Shown: in pieces, positions 21,271 through 30,662 of the stretch | Numbering within the stretch: position 1 is the first letter of the stretch | How the letters are laid out: each line of letters opens with the position of its first letter | Assembly: GCA_040006455.1 (NCBI GenBank) | Contig: JBDTWY010000016.1 | Span: forward strand, 3,834 to 67,833 | Direction of reading: 5' to 3' | Length of the DNA: 64,000 bases | Source of the DNA: Betaproteobacteria bacterium | Lineage (GTDB): Bacteria; Pseudomonadota; Gammaproteobacteria; Burkholderiales; Casimicrobiaceae | Program-made: the position numbers and the translations under genes | Notes under the pieces: generated by a model | Told to the model about the DNA's origin: nothing | Database searches by the model: none | The model's input: the letters and a program-made list of their open reading frames with translations, nothing else

Positions 21271-22065
21271 ATGACCAGCGTGGGATTTCTCGCCAACCGC
21301 AGGATCGTCATCACCGGCGTGCTGTCGAACCGTTCGATCGCCTACGGCATCGCGCGCGCGTGCCAGCGCGAAGGCGCGACGCTCGCCTTCACCTATGTCA
21401 ACGACGACCTCAAGGATCGCGTCGTCAGGCTGGCCGCGGATTTCGGCGACTGCCTGGTGTGGCGATGCGACGTCGCGCGCGACGACGATATCGACGCGCT
21501 GTTCGCGTCGGTCGCCTCCGAGTGGGGCGGGCTCGACGGCCTCGTGCATTCGATCGCCTTTGCGCCGCGCGAGGCGCTGGCCGGTGATTTCCTCGACGCG
21601 CTGTCGCGTGCTGCGTTCGCCACCGCGCACGACATCTCGAGCTATAGCTTCGCCGCACTCGCCAAGGGCGCGCGGCCGCTGATGCAGGGACGCAACGCGT
21701 CGCTGTTGACGCTGACCTACCTCGGCGCGGTGCGCGCGCTCGCCAACTACAACGTGATGGGACTCGCGAAGGCGAGCCTCGAGGCCAACGTCCGCTACCT
21801 CGCCGCGAGCCTCGGTCCAGAGCAGATCCGTGTCAACGCGCTGTCGGCGGGGCCGATCAAGACGCTGGCCGCGGCGGGCATCGGCGGCTTCAACAAGATC
21901 CTGCATTTCGTCGAGAAGCACGCGCCGTTGCGCCGCAACGTCACTACCGACGAAGTCGGCAACGTGGCGGCGTTCTACCTGTCGGAGCTCGCGAGCGCGA
22001 TCACCGGTGAAGTGACCTACGTCGATTGCGGATTCTCGACGGTCGCCGCCGGCATGGACGAGTAG
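21271..22065 (+). CDS. fabI: enoyl-[acyl-carrier-protein] reductase (NADH) FabI
   Basis: 264 aa. ITGVLSNRSIAYGIA, catalytic Y..Y...K region (LTYLGAVRALANYNVMGLAKASLE), SAGPIKTLAA. Confidence 0.93.
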   Translation: MTSVGFLANRRIVITGVLSNRSIAYGIARACQREGATLAFTYVNDDLKDRVVRLAADFGDCLVWRCDVARDDDIDALFASVASEWGGLDGLVHSIAFAPREALAGDFLDALSRAAFATAHDISSYSFAALAKGARPLMQGRNASLLTLTYLGAVRALANYNVMGLAKASLEANVRYLAASLGPEQIRVNALSAGPIKTLAAAGIGGFNKILHFVEKHAPLRRNVTTDEVGNVAAFYLSELASAITGEVTYVDCGFSTVAAGMDE

Positions 22066-22094
22066 CGCGGCGGTCCACGGCGCGCGACCTACAG

Positions 22095-23711
22095 GTGGCC
22101 GGCAACCGCAGCCGCTTCGACGCCGTGATCATCGGCGGCGGCCACAACGGATTGGTTTGCGCCGCGTATCTCGCGGCGGCGGGGCAGTCGGTGTGCGTCG
22201 TCGAGCGTCGCGATGTCGTCGGTGGTGCTGCGGTCACCGAGGAATTTTATCCGGGTTTCCGCAATTCGACGGCGAGCTACACGGTGAGCCTGCTCGATCC
22301 CGCAGTGATCCGCGACCTGCGGCTGCACGAGCATGGCCTCGAGATCGTCGAGCGGCCGTTCGCCAATTTCCTGCCGCTGTCGCCGACAGAGTCGCTGCGC
22401 GTCGGCGGCGGCCTCCTGGCGACGCAAGCCGAGGTCGCGCGCTTTTCCTCGCGCGACGCCGCGCGGCTCCCTGACTACTACGCGATGCTCGATCGCGTCG
22501 CCGACGTGCTGCGCGATCTGCTGCATGCAACGCCACCCAACGTCGGCGCGGGCATGCCCGCGCTGCTCGATGCGTGGAAAGTCGCCAGGCGCTTTCGCGC
22601 GCTCGATCGTGCGGGCCAGCGCGACGTGCTCGACCTCTTCACCAAGAGCGCCGGCGAGTTGCTCGACCATTGGTTCGAGTCGGCGCCGATCAAGGCGGCG
22701 TTCGGCTTCGACGCGGTCGTCGGCAACTTCCAGAGTCCCTATACGCCGGGCTCGGCGTACGTGCTGCTGCACCACGTGTTCGGCGAGGTCAACGGCAAGC
22801 GCGGCCAGTGGGGACATGCGCGCGGCGGCATGGGATCGATCACGCAGGCGATGGCGAAGGAATGCGCGGTGCGCGGCGTCGACATCCGCGTCGCGAGCCC
22901 GGTTGCACGTGTCGTCGTCGACAACAAGCGCGCCGTCGGCGTCGAGCTCGGCGACGGCGAAGTCGTGCGCGCGCGGCGCGTGGTCGCCAACGTCAATCCA
23001 CGGCTGCTGTTCCAGCAGTTGCTGGCGCCGGAGCACGTCGATGCCGACTTTCGCCGCCGCATCGAAAGCTACCGTTGCGGCTCGGGCACGTTCCGGATGA
23101 ACGTCGCGCTGTCGGCGCTGCCCGATTTCAGCTGCGCGCGCGGCACGCGCGCGGCGCCGCATCACGCCGCGGGTATCGTCATTGCGCCGTCGCTCGATTA
23201 CATGGAGCGCGCGTATTTCGACGCCAAGACGACCGGTGTATCCGCCGCACCCATCGTCGAAGTGCTGATTCCGTCGGTGGTCGACGACTCGCTGGCGCCG
23301 CCGGGGATGCACGTCGCCAGCCTCTTCTGCCAGCACGTGCACCCGCAGATGCCGGCGGTCAGCGGCCGCAGCTTCGACGACGCGCGCGACGACTTGGCCG
23401 ACCTGATGATCGCAACCGTCGACGCGATGGCGCCCAACTTCAAGGCGAGCGTCATCGGCCGGCGCGCGATGACGCCGCTCGACCTCGAGCGCACGTTCGG
23501 CCTGATCGGCGGCGACATCTTCCATGGCGCGTTGGGACTCGACCAGCTTTTCTCCGCGCGGCCGGTGCTTGGCAGCGCCGACTATCGGATGCCGCTCGCC
23601 GGCCTCTACCTGTGCGGCGCCGGCGCGCATCCGGGCGGCGGCGTCACCGGCATCCCCGGGCGCAACGCGGCGCGCGAGATCCTGCGCGACGTGCGTCGCC
23701 ACCGCCACTGA
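22095..23711 (+). CDS. phytoene-desaturase-family NAD(P)/FAD-dependent oxidoreductase
   Basis: Dinucleotide-binding motif FDAVIIGGGHNGLVCAAYLAAAG near the N-terminus and C-terminal GLYLCGAGAHPGGGVTG. Start set at the GTG at 22095, after the fabI stop; the track start at 22026 overlaps fabI. Confidence 0.8.
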   Translation: MAGNRSRFDAVIIGGGHNGLVCAAYLAAAGQSVCVVERRDVVGGAAVTEEFYPGFRNSTASYTVSLLDPAVIRDLRLHEHGLEIVERPFANFLPLSPTESLRVGGGLLATQAEVARFSSRDAARLPDYYAMLDRVADVLRDLLHATPPNVGAGMPALLDAWKVARRFRALDRAGQRDVLDLFTKSAGELLDHWFESAPIKAAFGFDAVVGNFQSPYTPGSAYVLLHHVFGEVNGKRGQWGHARGGMGSITQAMAKECAVRGVDIRVASPVARVVVDNKRAVGVELGDGEVVRARRVVANVNPRLLFQQLLAPEHVDADFRRRIESYRCGSGTFRMNVALSALPDFSCARGTRAAPHHAAGIVIAPSLDYMERAYFDAKTTGVSAAPIVEVLIPSVVDDSLAPPGMHVASLFCQHVHPQMPAVSGRSFDDARDDLADLMIATVDAMAPNFKASVIGRRAMTPLDLERTFGLIGGDIFHGALGLDQLFSARPVLGSADYRMPLAGLYLCGAGAHPGGGVTGIPGRNAAREILRDVRRHRH

Positions 23712-23715
23712 CGCG

Positions 23716-25251
23716 ATGACCGGCACGACGGCGTTCAACCTGGCCGAACGCCTCGCGCAGTCCGCGCGGCGCTGGCCCGACGCACCGGCGGTGGCGCGCG
23801 GCCTGACGATCGTCCACGACTACGCGGCGCTGGCGTTGCGTGTGGCGACGCTCGGCGCGGCACTGCGCGCCATGGGCCTCGGCGACGGCGTCCGCGTCGC
23901 GATCGTGTCGCGCAACGGCGTCGAATACATCGAGGCGCTGTACGCATGCTGGTGGGCGGGCCTCGTCGCCGTGCCTGTCAACGCCAAGCTGCACCCGCGG
24001 GAGCTCGCGTTCATCCTGGACGACTGCGGCGCGCGCTGCGTGCTGGTCGATCGCGAGTGGGCGACAACGCTGCCCGCGCTCGCCGCGAATGTGCGCGTCG
24101 TGGAGTTCGGCTCGGGCGACTACCGGCGCCTGTTCAGCGGCGCGCCGATTGCGGCGCCCGCGCGCTGCGATCGCGACGCCGCGGCGTGGCTTTTCTACAC
24201 CAGCGGCACGACGGGGCGGCCCAAGGGTGTCGTCATCACGCACGCCAACCTCGACGCGATGGCGACCTGTTTCGTGCGCGATGTCGAGGCGATCCTGCCA
24301 GGTGACGCGATCCTGCATCCGGCGCCGCTGTCGCACGGCTCCGGCCTCTATGTCGTGCCGCATATCGCCGGCGGCGCCGTCAACGTCGTGCCAGAGTCGG
24401 GCGGCTTCGACGCCGACGAAGTCGCGAAGCTCGTGTCGAACTGGAACCGCGCGCTGTTGTTCGCGGCGCCGACGATGGTCAAGCGGCTGGTGCGCAGCCC
24501 CGCGCTTGCCGGCGCGGGGCTCGAGCGGCTGAAGTGCATCGTCTTCGGTGGCGGGCCGATGTACGTCGCCGACTGCCGCGAGGCGTTCGCCGCGCTCGGT
24601 CCGCGCCTTGCGCAGATCTACGGCCAGGGCGAATCACCGATGACGATCACGGCGATGGACCGCGCGACGCTGGCGGATGCGATCGCGCGCGGCGACGACA
24701 CGCGCCTCGCATCGGTGGGAACCGCGCAATCGGGTGTCGAGCTGCGCATCGACGCCGGCTCGAAGGCGGACGCGCCGGCGGCGGGCGAAGTGCTGGTGCG
24801 CGCGCCGACGGTGATGCGCGGCTACTGGAACAATCCCGCAGCGACGGCGGCGGCGCTCGCCGATGGCTGGCTGCACACGGGCGACATCGGCACTCTAGCC
24901 GCCGATGGCTACCTGACGCTCAAGGATCGCAGCAAGGACCTGATCATCAGCGGCGGCAGCAACATCTATCCGCGCGAAGTCGAGGAAGTGCTGCAGCAGC
25001 ATTCGCAGGTCGCCGAAGTCGCCGTCGTCGGACGCCCGCATGGCGAGTGGGGCGAGGAAGTCGTCGCCTGCGTCGTCGTGCGCGACGGCGCCGACGCGCA
25101 AGCGGTCGAGCGCGAGTGCGACGCGCTGTGCATCGCGCGCATTGCGCGCTTCAAGCGTCCGAAGGCGTACGTGTTCGTCACCGCGCTGCCGAAGAACAAC
25201 GCCGGCAAGGTCCTGAAGACCGAGTTGCGCGGCATCGTCGCGGCGCGTTGA
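23716..25251 (+). CDS. AMP-dependent acyl-CoA synthetase/ligase
   Basis: FYTSGTTGRPKGVVITH, YGQGESP, WLHTGDIG, LPKNNAGKVLK. Start at the ATG (MTGTTAFNLAERL) just after the upstream stop. Confidence 0.85.
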   Translation: MTGTTAFNLAERLAQSARRWPDAPAVARGLTIVHDYAALALRVATLGAALRAMGLGDGVRVAIVSRNGVEYIEALYACWWAGLVAVPVNAKLHPRELAFILDDCGARCVLVDREWATTLPALAANVRVVEFGSGDYRRLFSGAPIAAPARCDRDAAAWLFYTSGTTGRPKGVVITHANLDAMATCFVRDVEAILPGDAILHPAPLSHGSGLYVVPHIAGGAVNVVPESGGFDADEVAKLVSNWNRALLFAAPTMVKRLVRSPALAGAGLERLKCIVFGGGPMYVADCREAFAALGPRLAQIYGQGESPMTITAMDRATLADAIARGDDTRLASVGTAQSGVELRIDAGSKADAPAAGEVLVRAPTVMRGYWNNPAATAAALADGWLHTGDIGTLAADGYLTLKDRSKDLIISGGSNIYPREVEEVLQQHSQVAEVAVVGRPHGEWGEEVVACVVVRDGADAQAVERECDALCIARIARFKRPKAYVFVTALPKNNAGKVLKTELRGIVAAR

Positions 25252-25325
25252 ACGCGCGGCGCGCATCGACGCGCGTGGGGAAGGGTGCACCGGGCGTGTC
25301 GCCTGCACCGATTCACCGAAGAATA

Positions 25326-25678
25326 AATCCGAAGTCAGCCGATAAGCCGGGTTCTGTTACGGCGCGACTGTGACATCGCGCTATGACTGCCATTCCTCTT
25401 GGCGCCACGTTGCCGTGGCGCTCGTGCCGCCTACCCGCGGACTCGGCGAGCAGCGTCGTCGTCCGCCTATTTGGCGTTGCTCCGGATGGAGGTTGCCGCG
25501 TTTCACCCGCTTCCGTTTGACGGGAAGCGACTCGTCTCTGTGGCCCTGTTCCTCACTTTGGCCGTCCGCGTGAGCGGCCGGCGTATGGCGGCCGGGGGTT
25601 ACCCGGCATCCTGCTCTGTGGAGCCCGGACTTTCCTCTGTCCCCTTGCGGGAACAGCGGCAGTCTGGCTGGCTTCGGA
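25326..25678 (-). ncRNA. rnpB: RNase P RNA (bacterial type A)
   Basis: The reverse complement contains the universal GAGGAAAGTCCGGGCTCC core, a 5-prime CCGAAGCCAGCCAGACTGCCGCTG pairing with the 3-prime ACAGAACCCGGCTTATCGGCTGACTTCGG (P1), and GGGTAACCCCCGGCCGCC-type helices. Ends are approximate. Confidence 0.88.
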
Positions 25679-25712
25679 CGACGAGGATAGCACCTCGCAG
25701 CGCATGCAGCGG

Positions 25713-26765
25713 CTAGCGCGGCGCGGCGAGTCGCCAGCCGACGCTTTCGCCGGCGCGCAACGGCACGACGGCAGCGTTGCCGAACGCCAGTTCGGCGGGC
25801 ACTTGCCAGGCTTCGCGCCGCAAGGTGATCGCGCCGGCATTGCGCGGCAGCCGGTAGAAATCGGCGCCATGGAGGCTCGCGAAGCCCTCGAGCCTGTCGA
25901 GTGCACCGGCGGCGTCGAACACTTCCGCATAGAGCTCGATCGCGGCGGGCGCCGAATAGCAGCCCGCGCATCCGCAGTCGCTTTCCTTGGCGTGCCGCGG
26001 GTGCGGCGCGCTGTCGGTGCCGAGGAAGAACTTGGGCTCGCCCGACGTCGCCGCGGCGACCAGCGCCAGCCGGTGGACTTCGCGCTTGAGGATCGGCAGG
26101 CAGTAGAGATGCGGTCGCACGAAGCCGGCGAGCATCGCGTTGCGTGAATGCAGCAGGTGCTGCGGCGTGATCGTCGCCGCGACGTTCGGTCCCGCCGCGC
26201 GCACGAACGCGATCGCCTCCTGCGTCGTTACGTGCTCGACGACGATGCGCAGCGCCGGGAACTCGGCGACGATCCGTGCCAGATGGCGCTCGACGAACAC
26301 GCGTTCGCGATCGAACACGTCGACGTCCGCGTCGGTGACCTCGCCGTGCACGCACAGCACGACACCGTGGCGCTCCATCGCCGCGAACGTCGGCCACGCG
26401 TGGTCGATCGACGTCACCCCGGCTTCCGAATTCGTGGTCGCGCCGGCCGGGTAGTACTTGCAGGCGTGGACGAAGCCCGACGCCTTGGCGCGCGCGATTT
26501 CCGCAGCCGGCGTGGCGTCGGTGAGGTAGAGCGTCATCAGGGGCTCGAAGCGGCTCGCCGCCGGCAGCGCGGCAAGGATCCGCGCCCGATAGGCGGCGGC
26601 CGCGGCGACGGTCGTCACCGGCGGCTTGAGGTTGGGCATGACGATTGCTCGCGCAAATACACGTGCCGTGGCTGCGACGACCGCCACCAGCGCCTGCCCG
26701 TCGCGAAGGTGCAGGTGCCAGTCGTCGGGGCGCGTCAGCGTCAGCGTCGTTACCGGATCGTTCAT
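25713..26765 (-). CDS. pyrC: dihydroorotase (homodimeric type)
   Basis: 350 aa. LTRPDDWHLHLRDG metal-binding motif, ...MPNLKPP..., ...FFLGTDSAPH... Confidence 0.93.
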   Translation of the reverse strand: MNDPVTTLTLTRPDDWHLHLRDGQALVAVVAATARVFARAIVMPNLKPPVTTVAAAAAYRARILAALPAASRFEPLMTLYLTDATPAAEIARAKASGFVHACKYYPAGATTNSEAGVTSIDHAWPTFAAMERHGVVLCVHGEVTDADVDVFDRERVFVERHLARIVAEFPALRIVVEHVTTQEAIAFVRAAGPNVAATITPQHLLHSRNAMLAGFVRPHLYCLPILKREVHRLALVAAATSGEPKFFLGTDSAPHPRHAKESDCGCAGCYSAPAAIELYAEVFDAAGALDRLEGFASLHGADFYRLPRNAGAITLRREAWQVPAELAFGNAAVVPLRAGESVGWRLAAPR

Positions 26766-26924
26766 CGGAAGGCCTTGTTTTTGCGGAAGTATACGTTCGG
26801 GGTCGCGGACGGTGCCGATGGTGGAGGCGGGTGGCGCTGCAGCGCCGGTACAGGCTATAATCCGATGTTAACCGCGGCCGGGACACATTCGACGTCCGGG
26901 CCGGTGACGAGCATGGAGTCAGGC

Positions 26925-27368
26925 ATGGCAGGCAAAACGGCAACCGCACTGAAAAAAGTCCGCGAGCTTAGCGAGGAGGAAATCCTCAAGGCCCCGGAGA
27001 AGGACTACATGAACGAAGCGCAGCTCGCCTTCTTCAGGCAGCGCCTCGTCGAGCTCCGCGACCAGTTGCTGCAGAACGCCGACGACACCGGCGAGCACCT
27101 GCGCGAGAACGAGATCACTACCGATCCCTCCGACCGGGCGACGCTCGAGGAGGAGTACACGCTCGAGCTGCGCACCCGCGACCGCGAGCGCAAGCTCCTG
27201 AAGAAGATCGAGAAGTCGATTCGCATGATCGACGACGGCAGCTACGGCTTCTGCGAGGAAACCGGCGAGCCGATCGGCGTGCCGCGTCTGCTCGCGCGTC
27301 CGACGGCGACGCTGTCGCTCGAGGCGCAGGAGCGTCGCGAGCGTGTGCAAAAGCTCTACGGGGACTGA
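26925..27368 (+). CDS. dksA: RNA polymerase-binding transcription factor DksA
   Basis: DYMNEAQLAFFRQRL, coiled-coil tip DPSDRATLEEE, zinc finger CEETGEPIG...RP. GGAG lies 8 nt upstream of the ATG at 26925; an alternative ATG is at 26913. Confidence 0.9.
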   Translation: MAGKTATALKKVRELSEEEILKAPEKDYMNEAQLAFFRQRLVELRDQLLQNADDTGEHLRENEITTDPSDRATLEEEYTLELRTRDRERKLLKKIEKSIRMIDDGSYGFCEETGEPIGVPRLLARPTATLSLEAQERRERVQKLYGD

Positions 27369-27414
27369 TCGCGCGCTGTGGCGCGCATCGCCGTTGTCGT
27401 CATCGGAGAGCCCA

Positions 27415-27966
27415 ATGAACCGGAACATCCTCTGCGCGTGTTGCGCGGCCGCGATACTTGTCGCCGGCTGCGCCTCGCAATCATCGACGCCGGCCTCGGC
27501 TCCCAAAGTGGCAGCAAAGGCGCCCGAGGCGTTCGCGCTGCTCGAGCCCACGCGCGGCAACCTCACCAATGGCAGCGTGCGCTTCACGCAGGAGGGTGAA
27601 CGCGTGCTGGTGGTGGCCAAGGTGCACAACCTGCCGCCCAACACCGAGCATGGCTTTCACCTTCACGACAAGGGCGATTGCAGCTCGGGCGACGGCATGA
27701 GCACCGGCGGCCATTTCAATCCCGACGGCCATCCACATGGACCGCAGAGCGGCCCGCACCACGATGGCGACATGCCGGCGCTCAAGGCCGATGGCAACGG
27801 CGTCGCCGAGACTGCGTTCGTGCTGCGGGGCGTCACCGTGTCAGCGGGAGCCCACAGCGTTGTCGGCAAGGGGCTGATCGTCCACAAGGACCCCGACGAT
27901 TACACTACACAGCCCACCGGCAATGCCGGCGCGCGCGTCGCCTGCGGGGTGGTCGCGCAGCGCTAG
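27415..27966 (+). CDS. sodC: periplasmic Cu/Zn superoxide dismutase (lipoprotein)
   Basis: Lipobox LVAGC. Full ligand set visible: HGFHLHDKGDC, GGHFNP, HPHGP, HHDGDMP, LIVHKDPDD, RVACGVV. Confidence 0.9.
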   Translation: MNRNILCACCAAAILVAGCASQSSTPASAPKVAAKAPEAFALLEPTRGNLTNGSVRFTQEGERVLVVAKVHNLPPNTEHGFHLHDKGDCSSGDGMSTGGHFNPDGHPHGPQSGPHHDGDMPALKADGNGVAETAFVLRGVTVSAGAHSVVGKGLIVHKDPDDYTTQPTGNAGARVACGVVAQR

Positions 27967-28014
27967 AAGACGTCGCGGCGCCGGTGCCAGCCAACAACAA
28001 GGAGCTGTCGAACC

Positions 28015-28611
28015 ATGTTCACTTTACCTCCGCTACCCTTCGCCGAAGGCGCGCTCGCGCCTGTCATTTCTGCGAACACGCTGGGCTTCCACTATGGCAA
28101 ACATCACAAGGCCTACGTCGACAACCTCAACAACCTTGTCAAGGGCACCGAGCTCGAGAGCGCGACGCTCGAGAAGATCATCAAGGACACTGCCGGCAAG
28201 GCGGACAAGGCGGGGATCTTCAACAATGCCGCGCAGGTGTGGAACCACACGTTCTACTGGAACTGCCTGAAGCCGGGCGGCGGCGGCAAGCCCACCGGCA
28301 AGATCGCGCAGATGATCGACAGCGATCTCGGCGGATATGACAAGTTCAGGACCGATTTCGCGCAGACCTGCGTCACGCAGTTCGGCTCGGGATGGGGATG
28401 GCTCGTCGCCGAGGGCGGCAAGCTGAAGCTCGCGAAGACTCCCAACGCCGAGAACCCGTTGAGCAAGGGTCAGACCGCGCTGCTGACGATCGACGTGTGG
28501 GAACACGCGTACTACCTCGATTACCAGAATCGCCGACCCGATCACGTCAATGCGGTGATCGACAAGCTTCTCAACTGGGATTTTGCCGCGCAGAACCTCG
28601 CCAAGGCCTGA
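28015..28611 (+). CDS. sodB: Fe/Mn-family superoxide dismutase
   Basis: [63 protein letters not shown] upstream. Confidence 0.93.
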   Translation: MFTLPPLPFAEGALAPVISANTLGFHYGKHHKAYVDNLNNLVKGTELESATLEKIIKDTAGKADKAGIFNNAAQVWNHTFYWNCLKPGGGGKPTGKIAQMIDSDLGGYDKFRTDFAQTCVTQFGSGWGWLVAEGGKLKLAKTPNAENPLSKGQTALLTIDVWEHAYYLDYQNRRPDHVNAVIDKLLNWDFAAQNLAKA

Positions 28612-28799
28612 ACGGCGCGCGCCGGCAACGGCGCGTCGCTAGCGGTCGCGCCACGGCACCCTGCCCCCGCGCATTTGCGGGGCGGCGATGACGGCTGCAT
28701 AATTTCGGACGTCCGCGCAATGGCGCGCGGCTAGCCGAACGCCGTTGCACCTGCGGTGGTCCGCCGATGTTTCATTCACGCGATTGCGAAGAGCGCACG

Positions 28800-30032
28800 A
28801 TGGCCTTGTTCCAGAAGCCGCCCAAGCGACCCGAGCCTGCGCCCGTCAAGCGCGTGCCGGGCGCGCTTGCGTCGCGGCCGCAGTCGGCGCGCGAGCTCGC
28901 CGCACAGGCGCTGGGCAAGGGTGGACAGCAACGACCACGCTCCGAGCCGACGGCGCGCGACATCACCGTCACCGGCCAGAGCCTGATGGGCGCGCCGCCG
29001 CCGACATCGTCGATCGAGGTGCAGCAGGCCAACCCGGGACTCTGCGCGGTGCTCGAAAACGCCGCATTGCTCTACGCGAGCGGCCAGGCGCAACCGGCGC
29101 GCGCGCTGCTCGAGCAGGGGGTCGCGACCGACCACGACGCCAAGCTGTCGCCGCTCGCCTGGCTCGCGCTCTTCGACCTGCTGCAGCGCGCCGGCGATCG
29201 CAGCGCGTTCGACCAGCTCGCGATGCAGTACGTCGTGCAGTTCGAGCGCTCGGCACCGGCGTGGGACGATGCCGCGAAGCCCGCGGCTGGCGCCAAGGCC
29301 GCCGTGGGCGGCTACCTCGCGATCACCGGCAAGCTGTCGGCGGAAAGCGCGCCGCAGTTCGACAGCCTGAAACGCGCGATCGAACGCAAGCTCCCGCAGG
29401 CACGAATCGACCTCGCAGCGGTCACCGGCTTCGACGATGCCGGCGCGAAGCTGCTCGCCGACGCGCTGATCCACGCGCGCCGCAGCCAGTTCGCGCTGGT
29501 GCTCCAGCGTCCCGAGAAGCTGCGTTCGGCGATCGAATCGATGGTCAAGCGCGGCCGCGACGCCGGCGAGGGCGTGTGGCTGCTGTCGCTGGAGCTGATG
29601 CAATGGCTGCACGACCAGGCGGCATTCGACGACCGCGCGATCGAATATGCGATCGCATTCGAGACGTCGCCGCCGTCGTGGGAGCCGCCGCCCAAGTTGC
29701 AGAGCGTCGAGCTGGCGCTCGTCGACGACAGCGAGTCGGCCGAGGCGCAGGCGCACGGTGACGTGCTCGCGTGGAGCGGCGTGCTGGTCGGCTCGAATGC
29801 GCCGCAGTTGACGCAGCTCACCGAGTTCGCGCAGGGCCGCGCCGTGGTGCCGATCGACATGTCGACGGTGGAGCGCATCGACTTCGTGTGCGCAGGCGCG
29901 CTGCTGAACATGATCAACCGGATCGAGTCGCAGCGGCGCGCCGTGCAGGTCGCCGGCGCATCGCCGATCATCCGCGCGCTATTGCTTCTGATCGGCATCT
30001 CACCCCGGCACTTCGTCAAGAAAGCGCAGTAG
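28800..30032 (+). CDS. conserved hypothetical protein with two tandem helical + STAS-like (anti-sigma-antagonist fold) modules
   Basis: Internal duplication is visible: WLALFDLLQRAGDRSAFDQLAMQYVVQFERSAPAWD + ITGKLSAESAPQF..IDLAAVTGFDDAGAKLL versus WLLSLELMQWLHDQAAFDDRAIEYAIAFETSPPSWE + WSGVLVGSNAPQL..IDMSTVERIDFVCAGALL. Start taken at MALFQKP. The family call is by pattern only. Confidence 0.55.
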   Translation: MALFQKPPKRPEPAPVKRVPGALASRPQSARELAAQALGKGGQQRPRSEPTARDITVTGQSLMGAPPPTSSIEVQQANPGLCAVLENAALLYASGQAQPARALLEQGVATDHDAKLSPLAWLALFDLLQRAGDRSAFDQLAMQYVVQFERSAPAWDDAAKPAAGAKAAVGGYLAITGKLSAESAPQFDSLKRAIERKLPQARIDLAAVTGFDDAGAKLLADALIHARRSQFALVLQRPEKLRSAIESMVKRGRDAGEGVWLLSLELMQWLHDQAAFDDRAIEYAIAFETSPPSWEPPPKLQSVELALVDDSESAEAQAHGDVLAWSGVLVGSNAPQLTQLTEFAQGRAVVPIDMSTVERIDFVCAGALLNMINRIESQRRAVQVAGASPIIRALLLLIGISPRHFVKKAQ

Positions 30033-30122
30033 CCATTCGCGCCGGCGCCGCGCTCGACGCGGGCCGCGCCTCGTTGCCGCACTCGTTTGCTTCCTCAACT
30101 TCTTCTCGCTCTCGTCACCCTG

Positions 30123-30662
30123 ATGGAGACTTTCCACGGCACCACGATCCTCTCCGTTCGGCGCGGCAACGAGGTCGCGCTCGGCGGCGACGGCCAGGTG
30201 ACGCTCGGTAACGTCGTCATCAAGGCAACGGCGCGCAAGGTTCGGCGCATCTATCACGACCGTGTGCTGGCCGGCTTTGCCGGCGCGACCGCGGATGCGT
30301 TCACGCTGTTCGAGCGCTTCGAGGCGAAGCTCGACAAGCACCAGGGCCACCTGACGCGCTCAGCGGTGGAGCTCGCCAAGGACTGGCGCACCGACCGCGT
30401 GCTGCGGCGCCTCGAAGCGATGCTCGCTGTTGCGGATGCCACGACGTCGCTGATCATCACCGGCACCGGCGACGTGCTCGAGCCCGAGCTCGGCATCGTC
30501 GCGATCGGTTCCGGCGGCGCGTATGCGCAGGCGGCGGCGCGCGCGCTGCTCGACCACACCACTCTGGCGCCGAAAGCGATCGTCGAGCAGGCGCTGCTGA
30601 TCGCCGCCGACATCTGCATCTACACCAACAAGGAGCTCGTCATCGAGACGTTGACAGCATGA
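30123..30662 (+). CDS. hslV: ATP-dependent protease peptidase subunit HslV
   Basis: [42 protein letters not shown] with the catalytic Thr after a short propeptide. Full-length at about 179 aa. Confidence 0.93.
   Translation: METFHGTTILSVRRGNEVALGGDGQVTLGNVVIKATARKVRRIYHDRVLAGFAGATADAFTLFERFEAKLDKHQGHLTRSAVELAKDWRTDRVLRRLEAMLAVADATTSLIITGTGDVLEPELGIVAIGSGGAYAQAAARALLDHTTLAPKAIVEQALLIAADICIYTNKELVIETLTA

Noticed and set aside
22672-22681. A tRNA T-arm-like string GGTTCGAGTC. I also made a general scan for tRNA, rRNA and tmRNA.
   Set aside because: The string lies inside a well-supported oxidoreductase CDS with no flanking acceptor or anticodon stems. I could not find any cloverleaf-compatible region in the intergenic spacers.
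26856-26861. A perfect TATAAT hexamer 64 nt upstream of dksA, as a sigma-70 promoter call.
   Set aside because: There is no convincing -35 (TTGACA-like) element at 16-18 bp spacing and no extended -10 TG. It is plausible but not supportable from sequence alone.
25381-26949. A 522-aa minus-strand ORF spanning the rnpB region and pyrC.
   Set aside because: It runs through a region with unmistakable RNase P RNA core sequence and out of frame over the pyrC gene. The translation is Arg/Pro/Ala-rich junk.
20633-30662. Inverted repeats or mobile-element scars at the putative inversion junctions separating hslU and hslV.
   Set aside because: I found no matching repeats, IS ends or transposase remnants at 20.63-20.72 kb or around 30.03-30.12 / 30.66 kb. 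The inversion therefore remains an inference from gene order only.
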